36,261 nucleotides of DNA from Eubacteriales bacterium. Its GTDB lineage: Bacteria > Bacillota > Clostridia > Oscillospirales > CAG-382. The DNA is taken from the NCBI GenBank assembly GCA_045636665.1, contig JAZTXY010000087.1:1-36261 (forward strand), given 5' to 3'. How positions within the stretch are numbered: the stretch's first letter is position 1; every line of letters begins with the position of its first letter. This document shows positions 1-9,873 of this stretch, piece after piece. Made by a program: the position numbers and the translations under genes. Below the pieces are notes generated by a model, which did not search any database, was not told where the DNA came from, and was given only the letters and a program-made list of their open reading frames with translations.

Positions 1-2
1 CG

Positions 3-623
3 CTTGGCCTCCGACTTTGCTTCGGACTTTCGGCGCATGACGTTTGCAGAACCTATCAAACGCACACAAGCGTCGTTGTTCTTGCCGACGAGGAAAAACG
101 CGGTGTCGGTATCGTAAAACCGAAATTCGATTTCGGTGTCGACGGGTTGGTAACAGCAGAAAAAGACCTTTTGCTTTCGGTACGAACCGCCGATTGCGTT
201 CCCGTTTTGCTTTGCGATAAAAATAAAAGGGTGTGCGCCGCAGTCCATGCGGGATGGCGCGGTACCGTTGGCGGTATTACGAAAAATGCGGTTAATATGA
301 TGACCGATATGGGCATTGAGAAAAAGGATATTCTTGCCGCGATCGGCCCTTGTATCGGAAGCTGCTGTTACGAGGTAGGAAGCGAGGTAAGAGAAGAATT
401 TCTTGGCGTCGATTCCGAATACGGCGCGTTTTTTACTCCGCACGGGCAGAAATTTATGCTTGATTTAAATAAAGCAAACGAAGATATTTTGATCGGTGCG
501 GGATTGTTGCCCGAAAATATTTCTCGGCTCGATCTTTGTACGAAATGTAACGAAAATCATTTTTTCTCCCACAGAAGAAGCGGCACAAGCCGCGGAACTA
601 TGAGTGCGTTTATATGTCTTTAA
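3..623 (+). CDS. pgeF: Peptidoglycan editing factor PgeF / YfiH-family purine nucleoside phosphorylase (5'-truncated by window edge)
   Basis: Frame is open from base 3 (…RTYQTHT…GVDGLVTAE…). Motifs TADCVPVLL, AVHAGWRG, IGPCIGSCCYEVG, CTKCN…FFSHRR…G.M. Confidence 0.93.
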   Translation, partial: LGLRLCFGLSAHDVCRTYQTHTSVVVLADEEKRGVGIVKPKFDFGVDGLVTAEKDLLLSVRTADCVPVLLCDKNKRVCAAVHAGWRGTVGGITKNAVNMMTDMGIEKKDILAAIGPCIGSCCYEVGSEVREEFLGVDSEYGAFFTPHGQKFMLDLNKANEDILIGAGLLPENISRLDLCTKCNENHFFSHRRSGTSRGTMSAFICL

Positions 624-650
624 ATCAACGTTTTAGAGGTGGTATGCAAT

Positions 651-1784
651 ATGGTAAAGGTTTTTCATTGCGCGGATATTCATCTTGACTCTCCGTTTTC
701 GCTTTTCTCTCCGAGAGAAGCCGAAAAGCGCCGTACCGAATTACGCGCGGCGTTTACCTCGGCGCTTATGTATGCGCGCGAGAAGAAGGCAGATATTTTT
801 ATAATCAGCGGCGACCTTTTTGACGGCGAATACGTTACTCGCGACACGCGCGAGCTTTTGGTGCGCGAATTTGCAAAATGCGCAGATATGAAAATTTTCA
901 TCGCTCCGGGTAACCACGATCCGCTTGGTACGGGCTCGCCCTATGAAACCGCCGATTTCCCCAAAAACGTGCATATTTTCGGCGGTGAGCGTGAATGCGT
1001 ATCGCTCGACGATTTGGGAGTTGACGTTTACGGCTTTGGCTTTACCTCTAAAAACTATATTTCCTCGCCCGTTGCAAATTGGAAAATCAAGGATAAATCG
1101 CGCATAAACATTCTTGTCTGCCACGGCGATATGGTCGGCACGGACGAAGCCACCGGCCCTATAACCAAGCGCGAAATTGCGGAATCTGGATTCGACTATA
1201 TTGCGCTCGGTCATATCCACAAGCCGACGGGACTTTTGTGTGAAAACGGCGTTTATTATTCCTACCCCGGCTGTATCGAGGGCAGGGGCTTTGACGAGCA
1301 GGGATACAAGGGCGCAATGTACGGCACTGTCGAAAAGGGCAGGGTTGAAATGACGTTGAAGCGCTTTTCAAAATCGCGTTACGAGGCATTGACCGTCGAT
1401 ATTTCATCGGCGAGAGAAAAGATGGAGGCGCTTGATATCATTCGCAACGCTATCCGTCCTTATACCGACGATACCGCGCTTCGCTTGACGCTTGAGGGCG
1501 AAATGAAGAACGCCTTTGTTATTCTTCAAAACGAAATCGGACGCGGGTGTGAATACCCGTATTACATAGAAATTATCGATAACACCCATATCGAGCCCGA
1601 CCTTGGCGAGCTTGAACAAAGCAACACCTTAAAGGGCATTTTCGTTCGCAAAATATTGGAAGAAATGAACGGGCTTAACGAGGAAAGCGAACAATACCGA
1701 GTTCTTTCGCTTGCGCTTAAATACGGCATTGCCGCACTTGAGGACAGAAACGTTGTCGATTATACGGGAGGTGAGCAGGCGTGA
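651..1784 (+). CDS. SbcD/Mre11-like metallophosphoesterase DNA repair exonuclease (YhaO-like)
   Basis: Motifs HCADIHLD, SGDLFD, PGNHD, VCHG, YIALGHIH, YPGCIEGRGFDE. RBS GAGGTGG at 636-642 favours ATG 651 over the GTG at 639. Confidence 0.9.
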   Translation: MVKVFHCADIHLDSPFSLFSPREAEKRRTELRAAFTSALMYAREKKADIFIISGDLFDGEYVTRDTRELLVREFAKCADMKIFIAPGNHDPLGTGSPYETADFPKNVHIFGGERECVSLDDLGVDVYGFGFTSKNYISSPVANWKIKDKSRINILVCHGDMVGTDEATGPITKREIAESGFDYIALGHIHKPTGLLCENGVYYSYPGCIEGRGFDEQGYKGAMYGTVEKGRVEMTLKRFSKSRYEALTVDISSAREKMEALDIIRNAIRPYTDDTALRLTLEGEMKNAFVILQNEIGRGCEYPYYIEIIDNTHIEPDLGELEQSNTLKGIFVRKILEEMNGLNEESEQYRVLSLALKYGIAALEDRNVVDYTGGEQA

Positions 1785-3976
1785 ACGTTACGATAGAAAA
1801 AATCGAAATAAATTCATTCGGTAAGCTTAAAAACGCAACGGTTACCGCAAAAAGCGGGATAAACGTTCTGTCTGCCCCCAACGAAAGCGGTAAATCGACG
1901 GTCGCCGCGTTTTTGAAGTTCGTTTTTTACGGCTTTTCGGGCGCAAGAATGCAATCGCTTTCGGATAACGAAAGAAAGCTTTATACCCCTTGGGACGGTG
2001 AAATTTCCGAGGGCACGGTTTATATCGTAGCAGACGGCAAGGGATATACCGTGCATCGCCGTTGTCTTGCTTCGGGCAAGGATTCTTGTGAGGTAACCAA
2101 CCGAATGACCGGCAAAGCCGAACATTTCGGCGAGGTACCGGGCGAGGTGTTTTTCGGTGTGTCCGAGGAGGTTTTTGCAAGGACTCTGTTTTTCCGTCAG
2201 CTTACAACTCCGCAAAGCAAGGACGAAATCCTTGCCGATCGATTGCGTAATATCGCAATAAGCGCCGACGAGCAGGTCGGAACGAAAAAAGCGGTAACCC
2301 GTCTTAACGACTGCAAAAACGAATTAAAGGGCAGATTGGGCAGCGGTCTTATTCCCAAAGCGGAAAAGGAACGCGATGCGCTTGAAGAATCGATAACCTT
2401 GGCAACCGACATCCGCCGCGAAGCGGTTCGACTCGGCGACGAAATAAAAAAACGCGCCGATACGATCGACGGCGCATCGGAAAAGCTTGACGATCTTCAC
2501 GCCGAACGCAGAAATATCGAAAAATACGAAGCAAAGCTTAAATTGAGAAATATCGAGCGCTTATCGCTTGAGGAACGCAACGCGCGTGAGGAATACGAAT
2601 CGGTCTCCGCAGGACTAAAAAAGCGTGAGGACAGCGCGTTTAACGAGCTTTTCCAAAAAAACACCGAATACGTTGCCGAGTGCCGCGATTGCGAAAATAT
2701 CGGTAAATCTTTGTCGAGCGCAGAAACCGAAAGGGAAGAGCTTCTTGACGAAATGGTAATCGAAGGCGGCGACGTAAAGCGCGCGCAAAAGGTTATCGAA
2801 TCGTCAAAGCGCAATGCGAATATGCTCTTTTGCGGTGCAGGTATTGCGGTAGTGATCGGTATTATTCTCGGCTTTGCAAGCAGCTCGACAATGGGCTTTG
2901 GCATCGTTCTTGCCGCTCTTGGCGTAATTCTTGCCGTCGTTGGCTTCGTTTCACTTTCGAAGCCGAGCAATCTTGTGCGCGAGCTTGGGCTCGACAGCAT
3001 AGGAGAGCTTCGCAACGCAATAAATACCTACCCCACTCTTGAAAAACAACTTCACGACGTCGAAACGCGCATAAAGGCGCTCAGAAACAATTTTGAAGAA
3101 AGCCGTACCAAGTGTGCGATTTTAAAACGCGAGCTCGATACCGGAATCGGTAATTATATCGACGTTTCGGATGAAAACTATTCCGATCAGCTTCGCCTTA
3201 TTCTTGCAAAATCCTCGGAAAGCGGAGAAAAGCTTGCCGTTTGGCGCGCAAGAAAGGAAGAGCTTGACAATGCGACAAGGGATTGCGACCTGACTGTACT
3301 TGCCGAAGAAGCAAGGGATGCGCGTGAGCCCGAGCGCGAAAGAGGAAAGGTCGACCGCGAGATAAGCTTTTATACAACTCAGTTCAATCAATTGAGCGAG
3401 CTTAACCGTCGCGATGAAATCGAAATCGCCGCGCTCGAAGCTAAGGGTGGCGACCCTGCCGCAATGGTCGGCAAGCGCGATTCGCTTAATGCGAGAATCG
3501 ACAACCTTGCCGTTAAGTATAAGGCGTATGAAACCGCCGTGCGCGTTATCGAGGAAGCATCGGATTATATGAAAAGTATGGTTGCGCCCCGTATCGGTGA
3601 GCGCGCCGATGAATATTTTACTGCCGCAACGGGCGGAAAATACAAGGCACTTGAAATCGATACAAAGCTTTCGATGAGCTTTGGCGAGGATATGCGCAGA
3701 AGCTGTGATTATCTTTCGGCAGGCACTCGTGACAGCGCTTATCTGTCACTTCGCTTGGCACTTGCCGATATGCTTTTCGGCGGTTGCGGTGTACCGATTC
3801 TGCTCGACGATGCTTTTGTCCGTATCGATGACAATCGACTTCGTATGATGTCGGGTGCATTGAAGGAAGCATCGAAAAAGCATCAGCTGTTCATATTAAC
3901 GCACGGCGACCGCGAAATGCGTGCGTTTGAAGAAATAGGTGTGGAATACACCGAAATTTCCATTAAAACGGAGTAA
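1781..3976 (+). CDS. SbcC/Rad50-like SMC-type ATPase of YhaN (SbcE) type with central transmembrane hairpin
   Basis: N-terminal IEINSFGKL and Walker A APNESGKST; long coiled coil; two hydrophobic helices mid-protein; C-terminal LSAGT signature, ILLDDAF Walker B, LTH. GTGA overlap with the upstream stop. Confidence 0.88.
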   Translation: MNVTIEKIEINSFGKLKNATVTAKSGINVLSAPNESGKSTVAAFLKFVFYGFSGARMQSLSDNERKLYTPWDGEISEGTVYIVADGKGYTVHRRCLASGKDSCEVTNRMTGKAEHFGEVPGEVFFGVSEEVFARTLFFRQLTTPQSKDEILADRLRNIAISADEQVGTKKAVTRLNDCKNELKGRLGSGLIPKAEKERDALEESITLATDIRREAVRLGDEIKKRADTIDGASEKLDDLHAERRNIEKYEAKLKLRNIERLSLEERNAREEYESVSAGLKKREDSAFNELFQKNTEYVAECRDCENIGKSLSSAETEREELLDEMVIEGGDVKRAQKVIESSKRNANMLFCGAGIAVVIGIILGFASSSTMGFGIVLAALGVILAVVGFVSLSKPSNLVRELGLDSIGELRNAINTYPTLEKQLHDVETRIKALRNNFEESRTKCAILKRELDTGIGNYIDVSDENYSDQLRLILAKSSESGEKLAVWRARKEELDNATRDCDLTVLAEEARDAREPERERGKVDREISFYTTQFNQLSELNRRDEIEIAALEAKGGDPAAMVGKRDSLNARIDNLAVKYKAYETAVRVIEEASDYMKSMVAPRIGERADEYFTAATGGKYKALEIDTKLSMSFGEDMRRSCDYLSAGTRDSAYLSLRLALADMLFGGCGVPILLDDAFVRIDDNRLRMMSGALKEASKKHQLFILTHGDREMRAFEEIGVEYTEISIKTE

Positions 3977-3978
3977 AA

Positions 3979-6048
3979 ATGGCTTATAAGCTTACCGCCC
4001 AAACACCGATTAAGTACATAAAAGGTATTGGCGAAGCAAGAGGTGAAGCGTTTTTTCGGCTTGGTGTCGAAAATGCTTCCGACCTGCTTGCCTTTTATCC
4101 GCGCGCTTACGAGGAGCGCGGAAACGTGCGCCGTATTTCCGATACAATCGACGGTGAGCTTTGCTCGATCGAGATAACCGTACGCGAAACCTCAAAGGTC
4201 AAAATGCTGAGAAAAGGCTTTTCGGTTTTCCGCACCGTTGTCGAGGATGAAAGCCACGTTATGGAATTCGTCTTCTTCAATATGCCGTTTATGGCAAAAT
4301 CCCTAATTTCGGGCAGAAGATTCCGCGCGTACGGAAGAATGAAGGTCGGACTTTACGGCAGAGAAATGGTTTCGCCAAAGCTCGAGCCGATTATCGAGGG
4401 CGAAAAATTGCCCTATTACGTGCCGATTTACCGACTTTCGCCGCCGCTTACGCAAAAGGCGATTGCTTCGGCGGTTAAGGAGGTGCTTCCGCTTTGCGAA
4501 ACGCTTCCCGAATTGTTGCCCGAATCGGTAAGAATTGAAAAAGGGCTGCTCAGACGTTCGGAGGCGGTAAGAATAATGCATTGCCCGACCGATAAAGACG
4601 AGCTGACTCTTGCGCGAAAAACTCTTGCATTTGCCGAAATAACCACCTTCCGTCTTGCGCTTTCAAGTATGCGCTCGGGACAAAAAAAGGAAAATGCAGA
4701 ACCGCTTAATCTTAAAAACACGGGCATAAAAAGCTTTTTCAATTCGCTCCCCTTTGAATTAACAAACGCTCAAAAACGATCGGTAAAGGAAATCTTTGCC
4801 GATTTGGAAAAGCCGAATCCGATGGCGCGATTGCTTCAAGGCGACGTCGGAAGCGGCAAGACCGCCGTTGCCGCGGCGGCGATATATTTGTGTGTAAAAA
4901 ACGGATTTCAGGCGTGCTTGATGGCTCCGACCGAAATTCTTGCATCACAGCACAAAAAAACGCTTGATAAATTTTTGTCACCCTTCGGCATAAAAACCGA
5001 GCTTTTGGTGTCGGGCTTGCCCGCCGCCGAAAAAAGACGTGTGCGTCAAGGTCTTGCCGAGGGAGAAATCGACGTTGCCGTCGGCACGCACGCGCTTATC
5101 ACCGATGCAACGCTTTTCAAAAACTGCGCGCTCGCGGTTGCCGATGAACAGCACCGATTTGGTGTAAGACAAAGAAAAACGCTTCTTGATAAAAGCGAGC
5201 ATAACGGAAAACGCGCGCATATGCTCGTTATGTCGGCAACACCGATACCGCGTTCGCTTTCGCTTATAATATTCGGTGACTTGGATATTTCTCTGCTTGA
5301 CGAGCTTCCTCCGGGAAGACAAAAAATCGTAACGAAGGTCGTTAAAAAGAACGATTCTTTAAAGGTCTACGACCTTGTGCGTAAGGAAATCGCATCGGGC
5401 GGACGTGCATATTTCGTTTGTCCGCTTATCGAGGAGGGCGAAACCGAAACCGACCGCAGAGCGGCAGAGGATTATTTTGCCGAGCTTTCGACCGAGCATT
5501 TCAGAGGTATCCCGATGGGGCTTTTGCACGGAAGAATGAAGCCGAGCGAAAAGTCTGCCGAAATGGAAAAATTCGCATCGGGCGAAAGCAAAATTTTGGT
5601 TTCGACCACTGTTATCGAGGTTGGTGTTGACGTGCCCGAGGCGACCGTTATGGTTATCGAAAATGCCGAATGCTTCGGACTTTCACAGCTTCATCAGCTT
5701 CGCGGCCGTATCGGCAGAGGCAATAAAAAATCGACCTGTATCCTTGTTCAGGGCGGAGGTAACGAGCAAAGCGCCGACCGATTGAAAATTATGCGCGACA
5801 CCTCCGACGGCTTTAAGGTTGCCGAGGCAGACCTTGAGCGCCGCGGCCCCGGTGATTTCTTCGGCGAACGGCAAAGCGGTGAATTTTCGTTTGCCTGTGC
5901 GGCAATCGGCGATATTTCTCTGCTTTCCGAAACCGATAGCCTTGTAAAAGAAATACTATCAAACCGCGAAAATGCGGAATATGCAAACATATTAAACGCC
6001 GCCGAAATGTTTTTGAAGAAAAACAGCGACGGCAGAACGGTTAACTGA
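3979..6048 (+). CDS. recG: ATP-dependent DNA helicase RecG
   Basis: Motifs RLLQGDVGSGKT, MAPTEILASQH, DEQHRFG, MSATPIPRSL, STTVIEVGVDVP, QLRGRIGRG, RGPGDFFGERQSG. Confidence 0.97.
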   Translation: MAYKLTAQTPIKYIKGIGEARGEAFFRLGVENASDLLAFYPRAYEERGNVRRISDTIDGELCSIEITVRETSKVKMLRKGFSVFRTVVEDESHVMEFVFFNMPFMAKSLISGRRFRAYGRMKVGLYGREMVSPKLEPIIEGEKLPYYVPIYRLSPPLTQKAIASAVKEVLPLCETLPELLPESVRIEKGLLRRSEAVRIMHCPTDKDELTLARKTLAFAEITTFRLALSSMRSGQKKENAEPLNLKNTGIKSFFNSLPFELTNAQKRSVKEIFADLEKPNPMARLLQGDVGSGKTAVAAAAIYLCVKNGFQACLMAPTEILASQHKKTLDKFLSPFGIKTELLVSGLPAAEKRRVRQGLAEGEIDVAVGTHALITDATLFKNCALAVADEQHRFGVRQRKTLLDKSEHNGKRAHMLVMSATPIPRSLSLIIFGDLDISLLDELPPGRQKIVTKVVKKNDSLKVYDLVRKEIASGGRAYFVCPLIEEGETETDRRAAEDYFAELSTEHFRGIPMGLLHGRMKPSEKSAEMEKFASGESKILVSTTVIEVGVDVPEATVMVIENAECFGLSQLHQLRGRIGRGNKKSTCILVQGGGNEQSADRLKIMRDTSDGFKVAEADLERRGPGDFFGERQSGEFSFACAAIGDISLLSETDSLVKEILSNRENAEYANILNAAEMFLKKNSDGRTVN

Positions 6049-6051
6049 TAT

Positions 6052-7005
6052 ATGAAAATTGGAAACATAGAATTCCGCCACGGACTTTTTTTGGCGCCGA
6101 TGGCGGGAATTACCGACCACGCATTCCGTGCGCTTTGCGTTAAAAACGGCGCAGAATGCGTTACAAGTGAATTAATAAGCGCAAAGGGTGCGTTTTACGG
6201 CGACAAAAAAACCGACGGACTTGCAAGAGTCTATGATGACGAAAGAATCGCCGCTATCCAAATTTTCGGAAGTGATCCCGAAATTATGGCAAGCGCCGCA
6301 AAGCTTATGATGCGCTTTTCGCCCGATTATATCGACATAAATATGGGTTGCCCCGTGCCGAAGCTTTACAAAAACGGAGAGGGAAGTGCGCTTATGCGTA
6401 ACCCCAAGCTTTGCGAGGAAATCGTTTCGGCGGTGGTTAAAGCCGTTGACGTGCCCGTAACCGCAAAATTCCGCAAGGCGTGTGACGACGATAAGCCCGA
6501 TTCTGCAATCGAGGTTGCATTGTCTTGTGAGCGCGGCGGCGCGAGTGCGGTTTTTGTTCACGGAAGAACGAGAACCCAAATGTATTCGGGACGTGCGGAC
6601 AGAGAAATCATTAAAAAGGTAAAAAATGCAGTTTCGATTCCCGTAATAGGCAACGGCGACGTCGCTTCATTCGCAGATTATATCGCAATGAAAGAGGAAA
6701 CGGGGTGCGACGGTGTTATGATAGGCCGCGGTGCCTATGGTTCGCCTTGGGTGTTCGAGGAAATCGTTTGCGGACTTGAGGGGCGTGAATATATCGAGCC
6801 GACAAATGCCGAAAAACGCAAAATGCTTACCACTCAGCTTGATACGGTTATATCGGAAAAGGGGTTAAACGGCATTCGCGAATTTCGTCATCACATTTTG
6901 CAGTATTGCAAGGGCTTTTCGGGTAGTGCGAAAATGCGACGCGATATTTCGCTTATCACCTCGCGCGAGTCGGCTGTTCAGGCGATCAATTTTATATTCG
7001 GGTAA
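6052..7005 (+). CDS. dusB: tRNA-dihydrouridine synthase (DusB/NifR3 family)
   Basis: Motifs LAPMAGITD, IDINMGCP, GSALM, VHGRT, VIGNGD, GVMIGRG. Confidence 0.94.
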   Translation: MKIGNIEFRHGLFLAPMAGITDHAFRALCVKNGAECVTSELISAKGAFYGDKKTDGLARVYDDERIAAIQIFGSDPEIMASAAKLMMRFSPDYIDINMGCPVPKLYKNGEGSALMRNPKLCEEIVSAVVKAVDVPVTAKFRKACDDDKPDSAIEVALSCERGGASAVFVHGRTRTQMYSGRADREIIKKVKNAVSIPVIGNGDVASFADYIAMKEETGCDGVMIGRGAYGSPWVFEEIVCGLEGREYIEPTNAEKRKMLTTQLDTVISEKGLNGIREFRHHILQYCKGFSGSAKMRRDISLITSRESAVQAINFIFG

Positions 7006-7009
7006 CTAT

Positions 7010-7038
7010 AAGGGGCAACGGCGGGTTGCTCCTTTTTT
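7010..7038 (+). terminator. Intrinsic terminator after dusB
   Basis: Stem AAGGGGCAAC/GTTGCTCCTT followed by a T-run, 5 nt after the stop. Confidence 0.8.
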
Positions 7039-7043
7039 ATTTG

Positions 7044-7072
7044 TTGACAAGCAGTGCGTTCGATTGTATAAT
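7044..7072 (+). promoter_or_regulatory. Consensus sigma-A promoter for psd operon
   Basis: TTGACA (7044-7049), 17 bp, TATAAT (7067-7072). Confidence 0.9.
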
Positions 7073-7104
7073 GTAAATAATAATGTGAAAATGAGGTACG
7101 GGCT

Positions 7105-7974
7105 ATGATAAAGGACCGTTCGGGCAATATTATCGCACAGGACAGCGCACAAGGAGGCGCTTTGGATTTTCTCTACGGAAACGCTTTCGGCAGATTGATA
7201 ACAAAGCTTCTTTCGCGCAAATTTATTTCCGAAATCGGAAGAATGTATATGAATTCGTCTTTTTCGAAAAGACGTATAAATAAATTGATAAAGTCGGAAA
7301 ATATCGATATGTCGCAATATGAAAACCGCGAATTTGCTTCGTTCAACGACTTTTTCACGCGTAAGCTTGCACCGAATGCACGAGGCATCGATTTTAACCC
7401 TAATTCGGTAATTTCGCCTGCCGATTCGAAGCTTACGGTTTACGATATAACAAAAGATTCGCTTTACCGCGTAAAGGGATGCGATTACAGCATCAAAACC
7501 CTGCTTGGCGGTGACGAAAATTTGGCAAACGAATTTCTGGGCGGTAAATGCTTTGTCTACCGTCTTTCGGTCGATAACTATCACCGCTATTGCTATCCCG
7601 ATGACGGAATCGAGGAATCCTATCGCTTCATCCCCGGTGTTTACCACACCGTCAACCCAATCGCGCTTTTGAAATATGACGTTTACGGCAAAAACTGCCG
7701 TGAGCTTACGGTTTTGCAAACCGAAAACTTCGGCCGAGTTGCTTATATCGAGGTTGGCGCGATGATGGTGGGCAAGATAAACAATATACACCCCAAGGAA
7801 AAATTCAAGCGCGGAGACGAAAAGGGCTATTTTTCGTTTGGCGGCTCGACGATAGTTATGCTTTACAAAAAGGACGTTGTTGAGCTTGACGAGGATATCG
7901 CAAAAAACAGCGCCGAGGAAACCGAAACGACGGTTCTTTTCGGCGAATCTGTCGGAAAACGGAGAGAAATGTAA
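7105..7974 (+). CDS. psd: Phosphatidylserine decarboxylase proenzyme
   Basis: Motifs SFNDFFTR, SPADS, RLSVDNYHR, VNP, EVGAMMVG and self-cleavage motif GYFSFGGST. RBS GAGG. Confidence 0.94.
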   Translation: MIKDRSGNIIAQDSAQGGALDFLYGNAFGRLITKLLSRKFISEIGRMYMNSSFSKRRINKLIKSENIDMSQYENREFASFNDFFTRKLAPNARGIDFNPNSVISPADSKLTVYDITKDSLYRVKGCDYSIKTLLGGDENLANEFLGGKCFVYRLSVDNYHRYCYPDDGIEESYRFIPGVYHTVNPIALLKYDVYGKNCRELTVLQTENFGRVAYIEVGAMMVGKINNIHPKEKFKRGDEKGYFSFGGSTIVMLYKKDVVELDEDIAKNSAEETETTVLFGESVGKRREM

Positions 7975-9846
7975 ATGGAACGTAAAAATTTAGCTTGCGG
8001 CAAAGAAGTTAAGATAATAAACATCGCGCCTATCGAAAACAGCTATGCATCGGTTGAAAAGGGAAGAAAGGATATTCTCACCGACAGCCGTGTCGGCGAC
8101 CCGACCGATTGCTACGGCGGTGATTGGGTTCATTTTTACCGCGGTGTCGGCAGAAAGCTTTTAATCGATTTTGAAGAAATCAAATCGGTGGACGGATTTG
8201 ATATCGGCTTTATCCACGATAGAAATTCGGGCATTTACGCTCCCGAATTCGTTAAATGCTATCTTTCGGTCGACGGAAACGAATTTTTTGAGGTCGCAAA
8301 CGTAAAAGCGCCTTACGAAGCATCGTTTAGCGAAAAGGTACGCGCGGTTTATTCTGCGAATATCGATGCTTGCTGCGCGCGTTATATAATGCTTGAATTT
8401 TACGTTGAGGTAAACGCTTTTTGCGATGAATTGCGTGTTTTCGGCGGAGATTGTATCGGCATTGAAAGCGAGCTTTCGGGCAACAGATACGTTGACGTTA
8501 ATAAAAATTGCTTTGCCTCGCGTGAAAGTCTTAACGGCATTCACGACATCCCCTTGCTTTATTTCGGCTATTGGCCAGAGGACGAAAGGGTTGCAAAGCT
8601 TAAAAAGGACGATTTTCTGCCTTATCTTGCCTATATCGACCGCGAGAAAAACATCAAAGACACGATGTTCGATGCGTTGATGTTCCTTATTGTTCAAGGC
8701 CGTTGCCCGTCGGGCGGATGCTTGGGTTATCACGGCGGCCCTAATTATTTGAGCGACTGGGAATTTATTCTTGACGAGCTTTTTGCCGACGGTCAAAATT
8801 TAAAGGCATACGACCAAGCGGTCGGCGAGCTTAAAAAGTCACTTTCGCTTCCAAGGGATTACAAGCATAAATTCTATCTTACTGCGCCCGTACCGAAGGT
8901 GTCGCTTAACCCCTTTGGCGATATGAACGGCGACGGAATCGAAGAAAAGCTGCTTTCCACCGAGGATTGCATTAATGCCTATGCGTGGTTTATCGATGAA
9001 ACCATAAAGCGCTTTAATGCCGAGCATTTTGATAATATACAACTTGACGGCTGGTTTTGGGTCAACGAATCCGCTTCGCGCGCGAACCGCGATGATGAGG
9101 AAACTTTTGCGACAGGTTGTGTTGCCGAGCTCCATAAGCGCAACCAAAAATGCATTTTTATACCCTATTTCCAAGCGGGCGGCTGTGAAAAGGCCGATAG
9201 GATCGGCTTTGATTGCACGACCATGCAGCCCGGACTTTCGTTCCAAAGTGTGCTTGGCTTAAACCCCGAAGGAATGTTTTGCGATTTTACCGCGCTTTGC
9301 AAAAAATACGGCTTCGGTGTGGAATTGGAAATCCACCACGGCGTTAAAAATCAAGACACCAAGGAGCAATACGGCAAGCTTTTCGATGAATATCTGCTCG
9401 GCTGTATCCGCAACGGTATGATGACCGAAACGGTACACACCTATTATCAGGCGGCAGGCCCCGGCGTTTTCCATTACTGTGCTCACGCAGAGGATGATTA
9501 CCAAAGAGCAATTTACGACAAGCTTTATAAGTTCATAAAAGGAACTCTTACCGAAGCGGACGTTATCGGTAACACCAAAAGGAACGAAGAAATCGAGCCC
9601 GAAATCGATGAGGTAAGTGCAGAGCCCGATTTTGAATCCGAAGCATCAAGCGACGTTGTTCTCGACAACAGCGTAGACGAACAAATTTACGTTGATTACG
9701 AGCCCGAGGAAGAAATCGCTTTCAATTACGAAAAAATAGAAAAGAAAAAGAAAAAACTCAAAAAATATCTCGCCATCGGTGCGGCCGTTGCCGCGGCGGC
9801 AGGTATTGTATATCTTATCTCAAAAGCGTCGAAGGATAAAAAATAA
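7975..9846 (+). CDS. DUF4855-like protein with N-terminal discoidin/F5-8-like domain, acidic linker and C-terminal membrane anchor
   Basis: N-terminal 'LTD…W..F…LIDF…' beta-sandwich pattern. Core resembles DUF4855 (FLPYLAY…DTMFDA..FL, GWFWVNE, FIPYF, MQP, GVELE). Ends in poly-K, a hydrophobic helix and a basic tail. Confidence 0.65.
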   Translation: MERKNLACGKEVKIINIAPIENSYASVEKGRKDILTDSRVGDPTDCYGGDWVHFYRGVGRKLLIDFEEIKSVDGFDIGFIHDRNSGIYAPEFVKCYLSVDGNEFFEVANVKAPYEASFSEKVRAVYSANIDACCARYIMLEFYVEVNAFCDELRVFGGDCIGIESELSGNRYVDVNKNCFASRESLNGIHDIPLLYFGYWPEDERVAKLKKDDFLPYLAYIDREKNIKDTMFDALMFLIVQGRCPSGGCLGYHGGPNYLSDWEFILDELFADGQNLKAYDQAVGELKKSLSLPRDYKHKFYLTAPVPKVSLNPFGDMNGDGIEEKLLSTEDCINAYAWFIDETIKRFNAEHFDNIQLDGWFWVNESASRANRDDEETFATGCVAELHKRNQKCIFIPYFQAGGCEKADRIGFDCTTMQPGLSFQSVLGLNPEGMFCDFTALCKKYGFGVELEIHHGVKNQDTKEQYGKLFDEYLLGCIRNGMMTETVHTYYQAAGPGVFHYCAHAEDDYQRAIYDKLYKFIKGTLTEADVIGNTKRNEEIEPEIDEVSAEPDFESEASSDVVLDNSVDEQIYVDYEPEEEIAFNYEKIEKKKKKLKKYLAIGAAVAAAAGIVYLISKASKDKK

Positions 9847-9873
9847 AAAAAATAAAAAAGGTTAAGGGATGCA

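Noticed and set aside
7006..7791. 261-aa minus-strand ORF
   Set aside because: Antisense shadow of psd that also crosses a promoter and terminator; no recognisable motifs.
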